From Dictyostelium discoideum (taxonomy: Eukaryota), in contig CM000151.3 in NCBI GenBank assembly GCA_000004695.1, positions 3,584,001 to 3,648,000 of the forward strand: DNA of 64,000 nucleotides. Direction: 5' to 3'. The position numbers and the translations under genes are program-made. The notes beneath the pieces are model-generated. The model saw only the letters and a program-made list of their open reading frames with translations. It was not told the origin of the DNA and searched no databases. Each line of letters begins with the position of its first letter. The stretch's first letter is position 1. Below are positions 12,947-29,045 of this stretch, piece after piece.

Positions 12947-13026
12947 CATTAAAATTGACATGACGAAAAAAAAAAAAAAAATAATGCATATTGTTTTTAT
13001 TATTGTTATTATCAGTCAAATAGAAA

Positions 13027-17879
<4,853 letters not shown>

Positions 17880-17962
17880 TCAGCTTAATAAATTGTAGTT
17901 ACTTTTTTTATAAGAAAGTGGAAAGATGATAAATTTGTTAAAATGTTTAATAGAAAATTAAA
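17880..17962 (+). other. Relic of an alternative (copy-B-type) cytoplasmic-tail coding segment lying 3' of copy A's stop codon.
   Basis: 17917-17960 ataagaaagtggaaagatgataaatttgttaaaatgtttaatagaaaattaaaaaaactc reads IRKWKDDKFVKMFNRKLKKL. This matches copy B's tail ..IIKKWKDDKFVKTFNRKLKKLS* (22161-22230, minus). The preceding TGATCAGCTTAATAAAT matches the post-stop sequence of copies C/D/E. Confidence 0.7.
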
Positions 17963-18317
17963 AAAACTCTATTTAAATTTCCCCCCTTTTTTTTTTTTAT
18001 TGTGCGGATTGGCCAAACCAAACACTTTTTAATATTTTTTTTTAAATTTTTCAAATCAAACACTTTTTTTTTTTATTTTTTTTTTTTATTTGTTTTTTTT
18101 TTTTATTATTTTTTTTTTTTTTATTATTTTTTCTTTTTTCACCTTTTGGTATTGATTTTTTTTTTTTTCAGACCAGAAGTTTAGGTTTTGGCGATAAAAT
18201 CCAATGAACAGTTTTTTGTTTTTAATTAGAGAAAAAAAAAAAAAAAAAAAAAAAAAAAATTAGTACAAATATTTATATTCAATCTAAAATAATAAAATAT
18301 AATACCTCTAGAAGAAA

Positions 18318-18600
18318 ATGAGCATTCATTCTTTTAGGTTTCATTATATTATTGCTATTATTACTATTATTACTACTATATTGCTATTGCTATCACTATT
18401 GTTACTATTATTACTACTATATTGCTATTGCTATTACTATTATTACTATTATTACTACTATATTGCTCTTGCTATTACTGTTATTACTATTATATTATTA
18501 CTATTACCATTACTACTATATAGCTATTGCTATAACTATTGATATTAATATTTCTATTTCTATTACTATTATATGTATAATTAATTATATTATTATTTTG
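18318..18600. repeat. Imperfect minisatellite built on (CTATTA/CTATTG)n units (ctattattactactatattgctattgctat...).
   Basis: Visible degenerate tandem hexamer/30-mer periodicity; it generates the spurious poly-L/Y/I ORFs 18318..18642. Confidence 0.6.
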
Positions 18601-19340
18601 GTTTTATTAATTATGTTTTTTAAATTGTTTTTATTATTATAAACTAAAAGTGGTTTTTTTATTTAAAATAAAAAATGATCATTTGATTTTAACCAAAAAT
18701 ATAGATGTGATGGTTTAATATTATAATGGCCATAGTTTTTATAAATGAACAATTGTATTTCATTTTATTTATAGTTGGTTAAAATAATGAGTGAATTTTT
18801 TTTTTTTTAACTGTAAAACATTACCCTTTTTTTGAAATAAAAAGAAAATTAAAAAAAAAAAATCAAATTATATTAAATTAAAAACAGTTGGAGATATTTT
18901 CCCCCACTTTTTTTAAAATTAAAAAAAGAAAATAAAAATAAAATAAAAAAAAAATCTTTGATCAAAAATATATTAACTCGGTTGCAATGAAATATTTTAA
19001 GTATTTAAATAGATTTTTTTTTTTTTAACTTTAATTATTTTATTCACTCATATTTTATTTATCTATTATTTTTTTTTTTTCATATTTATTTTATTTATTT
19101 ATTATTTATTTATTATTTATTAATATCATTTTCGTTTATATATTTAAACATACCTCAATTTTATAATGGACTCAACCAAACTATATTGTAATCACAAACT
19201 CAATAGCAATTGCACCAGCCAAAAAAGAAGGGGTTCTACACCATGCCAACCATGCCCAGGATATCCTAAAAAATTAAAAATTTGTTAGAGTTGTTCCTTT
19301 CATCCAAAGGTAATTTGTTTATAAAATAAACAATAAAACT

Positions 19341-19412
<72 letters not shown>

Positions 19413-20190
19413 TAAAATAAATAAATTTTTTTTTATTTTCAAAGAAATTTTAGTATAAAACATTTTTATTGTGTAGTTTTAAATTTTTAAAATTAAAAAC
19501 AAATAAATATTCATAATGATTAACTTGGAAAGTTTTTTAATATTTTATAGTGAGTTTAAACCCTTTTTTTATTTTTTTTATTTTTTTTTTTTTTTTTTTT
19601 GTTTGACTTGGGTGAATTTTTTTAGTGTACACCGTTTAGAAAGCGAAATTTCAAAAAAAATTCCCTTCAACAATTAATTTGCTAAAAACGCACAATATTA
19701 ATTTTTTTTTTTTTTTTATAAAAACTCTATTAATTATTTCCCCCTTTATTATTATTTTTTATTTACAAATGAAAAATGAAACTTTAATTACATTTATGTA
19801 AAAATAATAAAGAGTTTACTTTCACTATTTGATTTAAAGATAAAATAAATTACTATTACTCTTTTCAAGTTTTAATTGGCGAAAAATTAAATTTTGATCC
19901 AAGATTTATCAAAATTTTTCTCACACATTCCGATTATAAAAGTTTTAAGTATGTTGAGTCCAATGAAAAATTTCCAGAAATAGCTCCTCAAAGTGTTTAC
20001 CCAAGTAAGTAAAAATTTTTTAAATTTTTAAAATATAAATAACCTTGTTCTAATTAAAATAAAAGTTTTAGATTTACCCTCACTTTTTCAAAGCATTCAA
20101 AAAAAAGAACATATAACTCAAGATTTAGTTAAACCCTGTTCGAGTATGTATTCATTTTTTTTTTTTTTTTTTTTTTTTTTTGGTGAAAAA

Positions 20191-21231
20191 TAAAAAATTT
20201 CCCAACCTTTTTTTATGTATCATTAAATGATATAATGAAAGAATGTATTTTCATATCAATGGATTTCAATGGTGGAGGTGATGCTTTAGTTGCTGAAGAT
20301 TTAAATCATTCAGATGAAATTGTATTATGTAAAAGGTTATTCAAGATCAGTTTTAGGTCTTTCTTTTTCTAATTCAAAATTAAATAAATTAAATGGAAAT
20401 GAAAATAAATTATTTAATTTAAATGATACGTTACTGAATATTGTAAAAAATAGAACTGATCAAACCAAACCATTAGCAATTTTCATTCATATTGATGAAT
20501 TTCAAATGGCACACCAATATGCAAAAGGATTTGGTAGTCAATATGATAATTTCGTTAAAAAAATGATATAGGCATTAGGAACATTCAAATGTACAGGTAA
20601 TAAAATTAATAAATCAAACGCACACAATAACAATATTTTCATCATACCATTTTTAACTGGAACCAATTCCGATTCATTAGAGATCGTTTTATCAAAATGG
20701 GAGATAGAGAATATAAATATTAAACCATTATCATATGAGTCATCAAAATTAAAAATTAAAAATAATGTTAAATATTTTCCACAATTAGATAATAATTTTT
20801 TTAAAATAATGGTTATCGATCTTGGTATTGTTCCAAGATACTTGGAATATTTGATATCTGATTTAGATGATCATTTTAATTCAATAAAACAAAGAGAACA
20901 TTTTAATAGTTACGGTTCAGATGCATTGATAGATATAGAAAATGAATCGGTTTCAATTCAAATGGTATCCAAATTTGGATTTTCACTCAAAAAACGTATT
21001 CAAAGAATGAGAATTGGTGGCTTCAATGATGAAACTTTGGAAACATTATTATGTTATTGTATATGTGGTAAATCAATCCAAGAATTATCATATGGCGGTC
21101 ACATCATCACACAAAATAGTAAAGGTAATGGTAATTTTAAAATCATCCTTCCTGTTATTGACTTAAACACTATGGCAACCAAATTAAATTTATTCGAATT
21201 TCAAACTATCACACAATTTCCATTATCTTAA
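20191..21231 (+). pseudogene. Fragmented ORF of unknown function. ~345 codons are open in one frame apart from a single in-frame TAG (20569-20571), and there is a frame switch near 20300.
   Basis: ORFs 20314..20571 and 20809..21231 share a frame and the 237 nt between them is also open (ALGTFKCTGNKINKSN...KIMVIDLGIV...). They are separated only by TAG. Upstream, ..DFNGGGDALVAEDLNHSDEIVLCKR is in a different frame. This could be a pseudogene, an unannotated intron arrangement or a sequencing error. Confidence 0.25.
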
Positions 21232-21769
21232 AAATTAATTGGTTTCAAATTCGAGTACATTACTGCTGTTATTTTAATGCTCAAAATAAACTGTACCCAT
21301 AATGTTAAAAAAATCATGGACCACTCACTTTGATTTTTGGTAACCATATAGAAAAAGAGTTTGGCAATCAAAAAGTTTTAAACAGTGTTGTCAGATTTAA
21401 AAAAATGAAATTGGTTTATGAAATTGAAAAGTGGATTATGTTAGTAAATATTTTTTAAAAAAAAAAAAAAAAAATTTTTTTTAATAATTAATTGCAATCA
21501 ACACCAAATTTACCACCTCTGGGAAGTATTTAAGTGAGGCTGATGTTAAAGTATTCATTCAACATATAGATAATTAAAATTAAGTTTCCCAAGTTTTATT
21601 ATTATACCAATTATAATTTCAAATTAAAAAGTTAGAGAATCTCAATTTCCAGCATACAAAGAAATTTTAATTTACCACCAACTTAACATCAATTCTTTTT
21701 TTTAAATACTATTTTGCATAGAGTAGATACAAAAAAATTAAATGAAATAATCTTGTAGTCTTAATTAAA

Positions 21770-21960
21770 TATCATGGTGAATCAACCTTTACACAAACAT
21801 CAATACCTACTATAATTTATCCAAATACAATGTTAATTAATGATGTCAAACCAACTGAAAAACCATTCATTATCAAAGTACAAGAAAATTCAAAATTCTT
21901 TTCAAATGAATTATCTGTTGTGTTGTTATTGTATCAGTTTCTTTCTTATTTTTTAAAAAA
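21770..21960 (+). pseudogene. Truncated fragment of a tgr-like family gene, inverted relative to the neighbouring copy B.
   Basis: Translates to KYHGESTFTQTSIPTIIYPNTMLINDVKPTEKPFIIKVQENSKFFSNELSVV. This matches copy B's IKYYGESTFTQTSIPTISYPNAMLINDVKPTDKPFIIKVQEAFFSNEF but on the + strand with no flanking exons. Confidence 0.6.
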
Positions 21961-22160
21961 AGTAATTCAAAAAAACTCTAAGACAATTAAAACAATTTAA
22001 AAATAAATAAAATCCACTAGTTAAATATATTTTTTTTAAAAATTTTATTTAAATAATTCCATAGAAAAAATTAATTATTTAAAAATCTTTATTTAAACTA
22101 CTCCTTTTAAAAAGGAATAAACTTTTAAAAAATTAATACACAGTATTTTTTATTTGTTAA

Positions 22161-24407
22161 TTATGATAGTTTTTTTAATTTTCTATTAAATGTTTTTACA
22201 AATTTATCGTCTTTCCACTTTTTTATAATAAAATAAGAAGCTGCAACAACAACGACAGCAGCAAAAGCAACGGAACCAATAATAATACCAGCGAGTTGAG
22301 AACTTGTTAGTTTTGATTTATTTGATGTACAAATTGAATTATTATCATTATTTGATACTGGTTTACTATCTACTAATACTGAAAAGTCTGGATCAATAAT
22401 TATTGATTGTTTATAATTTGGTATTGTAATACCAATGAATGATTGTGATATTGATGATGTTTGAATTGAGTTCATTTTTGAATCTAATAATTGATTTTCA
22501 ATTGAAGATACTTTTGAATCGATGATTGCTCTTTTAATGAATCTACCATAAAGTGAATGATCATCAATTTGAATTTTAAAGAAGTTTGAATTATCACCAT
22601 CGCTTGTATCTCCAAATACTTTTAATGAACAAGTATCTTTGGAAGTTGATGATTCGAATAATGCTGACATTACAAGTTGAAGACTATTTAATTGATTTAA
22701 AAATTTATATTCTGTAATTTCAATTGTATATTTAATACTTGATGGATTCATTGTTATATTATTATTTGCAAATTGAATGATTGTTGTTTGATTGAACCAT
22801 TCTAAAGTTACAGTAATATTGGTTGTTAATGTATTTGTTGATTTTGTATCACCACTTTGAATACTTGTAAAGTATTGACTTTTAATATTATTAATTGGTG
22901 TATAAATCCATTTATCAAATGTATATAAATTAACTTAATTTGAATTAAAATCTAATTCTCTTAATGATACAATTGAAATCAATGATTTGAATAAATAATT
23001 TGTACTATTTGATGTTTGATTATTGTTATCGATAATTGGTAATTCAGTTGATGGTTGTGATGTATTTGTTGATGGTTGTGGTATAATTATAACTTGTGAA
23101 TTACAATCATTACCAATCCAAGGTGGATAACAAACACATCCACTTGATGAACAATATCCTTGTTTTGATCCACCACATAATGGTTCACCTAAACATGTTT
23201 GAGGTTTATTCGTTGGTATTGGTGATGATGTAGGTGTTGACGATGACGAGTCTATTGAAGAAGATGATGATGATGGATTTGGTGTTGGGGATTCTGTTGG
23301 TAATTCTGTTGGAATTGGTGGTACAAAACGAATATCAAATACTAATGGATAAACAGTGAATTCATTTGAAAAGAAAGCTTCTTGTACTTTGATAATGAAT
23401 GGTTTATCAGTTGGTTTGACATCATTGATTAACATTGCATTTGGATAACTTATAGTTGGTATTGATGTTTGTGTAAATGTTGATTCACCATAATATTTAA
23501 TTAATACTACAAGATTTGAAGAAAAGAAACCAGCACCTATTATCCATAATTCGCCACCACTTGTTGTAATTTGAGAAACTCTATAGATATCTAACCTTTT
23601 AGCAAGTCCTGATGATACTGCTTTCATTGAAAACTTATACGGGAATAGAATTCTTAGTGAGTCGCTTGAATAACCACCATAACAACCACCATTATTAATT
23701 AATCCATAAACACTGAATGTAATTTCTGAAGTGTACAATACACCTCTTGGTAAGTAAACGTAACATTGATAGGTTGCAGAGGTGATATTCTTTGATTTAA
23801 TAATTGTTTCACATTCAAATATTTGAAATTCAATTGCTTCAACGTAAACCATTGGATATTGAAGATCTTTTAATCCACTTTCGTAATCAGTTGCTTCAAA
23901 TGAGAAATATACTTCCATATGTCCATCTGCAGGAATAGCTACTTGTGGTGTAAATAATGTTAAAATTGGTGGTGAACTATCGATACCATCATTTTCACCA
24001 CTACACTTTTTATATAATTTATTTATTGTTGAGTCTAATAAATAATTTATAAATGGGTTATTAACACCACCACCTACAAATGATTCAGATACTGAAAAGT
24101 AGCAACCAATACCTTGAGTATCATATAATTTAACTTGTGTGATAATATAATTTTGAGATGCACATTTACTTGGTAAAGTTATATTAATTTGATAATCACC
24201 ATTAAATTTATCACCTCTTGTTAAATTTTGAGTTGTTAAATGGAATTTATAAGTTGAACTATCCATTTCACCTCTAACTATAATATCAGCATAATCAAAA
24301 CCATTAATTGGATCATCTATTGTAAATTTCCAACCAAATTCATTTGTTGAATTAACCTTTTCAATATTACTAAATATTGGTCCATATCCATCGAAATCTG
24401 TAGATTC

Positions 24408-24489
<82 letters not shown>

Positions 24490-26989
24490 TTGAAAACTAT
24501 TGATAAATTGTATTTATACCTATATTATAGATACTTACTTGATAATGTTACATATAGTTGTGCAGATGATGGTAAGAATTCACTATCTAAAGGTGTTGAA
24601 TAAGAGTTGATAAAGAATCTATATGGAATATGACCAGGTTGGGTATTTGCAGGTATTTTAAATTTAATTTGATACATTGATATTGTTGAATTCCAAGTTG
24701 AAAAGTATAGTGTTGAACTGTTGAAATGGTATTTACTATTCTTTACTAATGTAACTACGTCCATTAACATAAATCCAATTGGTTTTTCATCATTATCCAT
24801 TCTACCTCCATTATATGTAAAATAAACTACATTATCAACTGATTTATTTATTATATCGATAAAATTATTAAAAAATGTAATATTATTAATAAGTAATAAG
24901 TTATTATTATTATTATTATTTTTATTATTATTTTCATAAAATGAATCAATTTTTAAAAGTGGATTAACTGAATAATATTGACCGATTGAATATGTTTCTG
25001 TTTGTCCCAATCTATCGAATACAATAAATTTGTCAATTGGATATCTGTATGTATCTATAACTGCTGCAAATACAATTTCATCACCTATACTTTCACTATC
25101 TATCATTGATTCATATCTTAATGCAATTGTATTGACATCACCAATACCAACAAATGCTTCATATCCATTATCTTTTACCCTAAATTTTAATAAATAATTT
25201 CCTGAAAATAAATGAACCCATTCAAATTTTAAAAGAATTGGTGCATTTACAGTTGGTGCAACTATAATTTTTTTTTTTTTTTTAAAAAAAAAACAGTTTA
25301 TGTTTTAATGATAATAATAATAATAATATAATAAAAATATATATTAATATTAAAAAATTTAAATATTATTATTATTAATTATTATTTTAAATTTATTTAT
25401 AATAAATTATATACATACTTATATTTGAATTAATGTTGATTAGATTTGTTTTATCAACAGTAAAAACTTTTGGTGAACTAATGAGAGCCTTGTATCTCAA
25501 AAATGAAGCGGATACATTATAATTAAAATTATTACCACTTCCAAAACCAAATGGCCATTGAAAATCTTTTGTGAATAAACCAAATGAATAGGTTGTTGTT
25601 AAGAAATTAAATTGATTTGATGTGGTAATTGTAAACATTGATGAATTTAATAAAAAAATACCATCACTATTAAAGTATGTAACAATAAATGGATTTGGAA
25701 CAAAAGGTTCTTTACTAAATTCTAAATAAAATTATAATAATAAAAATTATTATCATTACTATTAAAATTCATTTATAAAGATATATTTTAAAATACTTAC
25801 TTGTAATATTTAAAATTGGTGTTTCATAGATTTTTATTAAAGAATTATTAAACTCTGAATAAATTGATAATTTTGAAGGTGCTGAATTAATAAGTTGACC
25901 TAAATATGTTACAGTTTTGTCATTTTGATATATTGGTGTTATTTGAGAATAGTTGCTAAACCCATTATTAACTTGAATATAAGGTTCATAATCAACACTG
26001 GTTTTATTTATTGTAACTGAATAAAGTGGAGAATTGTCATATCCATATTCAATTATATTTGTGCTTTCACTTGGATAAATTACAACTTTTGAATTGCTTT
26101 CATCAACATTATAATCTAAAAAATAATAAAATTAAACGAGGATTAATTATTTTTTGAAATTTTTAAATAAAAAAAAATAAAAAAATAAAAAAAAAAAATG
26201 AAAAGTGCAAGTTCAAAAAAAAATAAAAAAAAAATACCTACATGAACTAAATGATGATGGAAATTTTACTGTAATATTATTACCATTATTAAATAAAAGT
26301 GAAATTATATTTTCTTTTGTTAAATTTTGAAATTGATAATCAGAAAATGAAAAACTATTTGGAAATGTTGGTTTGACATTGAAAATTCCCCCACTCGAAC
26401 TTAATGATTTTAGTTTATTTTTTAATCCTGTAAATTGAATAATTCCATTCATTCCTGATTTAGATTTTTTAAAATTATTTGTTAATAAAACCTTATAACC
26501 CAAAGAATTAAATTCAATTACTTTTAAAAAAAAAAATTAGCAATTTAAATAATTTTTTAAAATATTAAATTAATTAATTTAATGGGGCAAATACAAACAT
26601 TCACATTTATAAGATATTGAATAATTTTGTTGAATTTTAATACCATCTGAATTTTCATAAGTTGATGTTAATATTAGACTATCATTTCCTAATGGCAAAT
26701 TTAAACCATTAAAAGATGCATATGCATGACCATCTTTAGTTATAAATGATGATGTATCCAAAACAAAAGATTTAGATAATAAAAATGAAAATGAACTTCC
26801 AGAATAATTTATTATATTAACAGTTTGGATAAAAAATTTAAAATTAAAAGAACAAGTTTGTGAATTTGATGAATCAGGATATACTATATACGAATTTGCT
26901 TCTGAAATATCTGTTATGTTCAATGATTGACTATTACAATAATTTAAAAAAATACAATAAAATAAATACAAAACAAAATTTTTATTCAT
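22161..26989 (-). pseudogene. tgr-like copy B, full multi-exon unit with an in-frame nonsense codon (CAA->TAA, + coords ~22933-22935) and a divergent cytoplasmic tail. Exons ~26989..26590, ~26503..26213, ~26125..25800, ~25720..25393, ~25250..24525, 24400..22161.
   Basis: ORFs 26579..26989 (signal peptide MNKNFVLYLFYCIFLNYCNS), 26213..26503, 25393..25638 (WPFGFGSGNNFNYN), 24525..25106, 22935..24266 and 22161..22751 are all in compatible frames. The ORF 22935..24266 ends ..SLRELDFNSN* where paralogs read ..FNSNQVNLYTFDKW (aattcAaattaagtt vs aattcgaatcaagtt). The downstream ORF continues in the same frame. The intron at 24401-24524 is almost pure (ATT)n. The EGF-like module reads CLGEPLCGGSKQGYCSSSGCVCYPPWIGNDC. 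Confidence 0.65.
24405..24488. repeat. (AAT/ATT)n microsatellite forming most of the homologous intron of copy B.
   Basis: Directly visible. Flanked by ..LSSKYL|GTAAGT (24525) and an acceptor before ..DFDGYGPIF (24400). Confidence 0.9.
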
Positions 26990-27786
26990 TTTAATTAATT
27001 ATACAAAATGATTTTTAATATTAAAAAAAAAAAAAAAAAAAAATGAAAAAAAAAAAAAATACTAAAAATATTTTTCTATCCAACATTTAACAATATTCAA
27101 ATATTAACAACCCTGGGTCCAATTTTTTTTTTTTTTTTTTTTTTTTTGAGTGCAAATAATCATCGGTCGGAAAAAAAAAATCTTTGGTCGGAAAAATAGA
27201 TATTTTAAAAAAATAAATGGAAATGAAAAGCAAATGTCATGAATTATAATTTTTTAAAAAAACTCAAAAAAAAATTGATTTTTTTTTTTTATTTTTTTTG
27301 TAAGATAAAAACATCATCGTCAAAAGTAATTTAATGCGGAGCTGGCCTCTTTTTTATTTCCTACCCAAAGGGAGGGTCCCTTATTTTTTTGTTTAATTTA
27401 AATAAAAAAAAAAAAAAAAAAAAACTTTATTTTGATCATTTTGAAGTAAAAAAAACGAGGAAGCTAAATTTAGAATTAAAAAAAAAAATTTCATAAAATT
27501 CCTCAATTAAATTTATTATTTGAAGTTAAAAAAATGGTGAAAAGAAAAAAAAAAAGAAAAAAAAAAATTATCGTTCCAAAAATCATGATATTTTTTATTT
27601 TTTTTTTTTTCATTATCACTATTTTTATTTTTTTTTCATTTTTTATTTTTATTTTTATTTTGGATTTGGTTCGATAACCAAACAGAGGTGGTTTTTTTGG
27701 TTTTAATATAAAAAAATAAAAAAAAAATAAATAAATCCATTAAAAAAAAAAAAAAAAAACCAATTTAAAAAGATTAAAAACCTACA

Positions 27787-27823
<37 letters not shown>

Positions 27824-27887
27824 CCAAATCAAAAAAAAAAAAAAAATATCAATTTCATATTAAAAAAAAAAAAATTTAAATGCCAAC

Positions 27888-28078
27888 AGATATTAAAATC
27901 ACAAATAGTTACAATGGAGGATCAACAGTGATAATAATATTCAAATTATATATTCTTTAATTTTTTATAACTCTAATATTTTTTTTTATTATAGCATCTT
28001 CAATTTGATCACAACAAAAAATTCCACCACAATTTTGGTTTCGTGTAATTGATTATAAATTAGAAGGTCAAACTTGGG
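27888..28078 (+). pseudogene. Partial upstream duplicate of the small gene at 28283..28695.
   Basis: aaatgccaacagatattaaaatcac...(MPTDIKITNSYNGGSTV) then GT-intron then ..SQQKIPPQFWFRVIDYKLEGQTW|GTAAAA. This parallels 28283 aaatgctaacagatataaaatga... and MIFPPPLFIRFIQYKTDGKLW at 28459. Confidence 0.3.
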
Positions 28079-28282
28079 TAAAAAAAAAAAAAAAAAAAAA
28101 AAAACCGATTTTAATATACAATTAACATCGTTTTTTAAATAAATAGGGAAGTGATCCAAATCTCTCTTTTATATTGGGTAATTTTTAATGTTTTTTTTTT
28201 TTTTTTTTTTTAATTTTTCTTTTTTCTTATTACCCTTTTTTTTAATAAATATAAAAATCAAATAAACAAAAAAAAAAAAATT

Positions 28283-28695
28283 GAAAATGCTAACAGATAT
28301 AAAATGATAATTAAAAATAATGATGGAGAATCAACAATAAGTGGAAAAGGTAAATTATTTATAATAAATTGAAATAATATATCCAATTTTGTTTATTTAA
28401 ATATTTATTTCAATCCAACATTTAAAAATAATTTTTAGCAATCACATTACCAACTCCAATGATCTTTCCACCACCTCTTTTTATTCGTTTTATTCAATAT
28501 AAAACAGATGGTAAACTTTGGAGTAATGAAAATTTTGAAATCAATAGTGGAAAAGTTGAATGCAATGGAGAAGATTATGAACTTGTTCAATCAAGGTGTA
28601 TAACTCAGAAAATTGATGATGATTCAGAAAATGTAATGGACATTAGAATAATGCCATCTAGACCACTCAATAGAGATTTACCATATTTTAATTAA
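28283..28695 (+). CDS. Small hypothetical protein gene (2 exons; ORF 28459..28695 is the main exon).
   Basis: Exon 1 candidate at 28283 (MLTDIK.. / ..MIIKNNDGESTISGKG|GTAAAT), acceptor ttttag at ~28446. ORF MIFPPPLFIRFIQYKTDGKLWSNENFEINSGKVECNGEDYELVQSRCITQKIDDDSENVMDIRIMPSRPLNRDLPYFN*. Confidence 0.3.
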
Positions 28696-28892
28696 ATTTG
28701 AAAATAATAATTCAAATTTTAATTAAATATGATGATACTATCTATTAATTCCTTAGAAAATGTTTATAAAAATAAAAATAAATTTTAATTACCAAATATT
28801 AGTATATACCCAAGCCATAGTTAGAAAATTGTTTTTGTTGTCCTATTTATTTCTTTTTATTTTAATTTTATTTTAATTTTTTTCATCTTATA

Positions 28893-28958
<66 letters not shown>

Positions 28959-29045
28959 TATTATAAAAAGAGAATTTTAGGATTATTAACTAATTTTTTT
29001 TTTTTATTAAAAAGTTGGGACGAAATCAATTATTTATTAAGCCGA

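Noticed and set aside
18002-18642. ORFs 18002..18184, 18318..18542, 18352..18642
   Set aside because: They are translations of poly-T and the CTATTA minisatellite. There is no coding signal.
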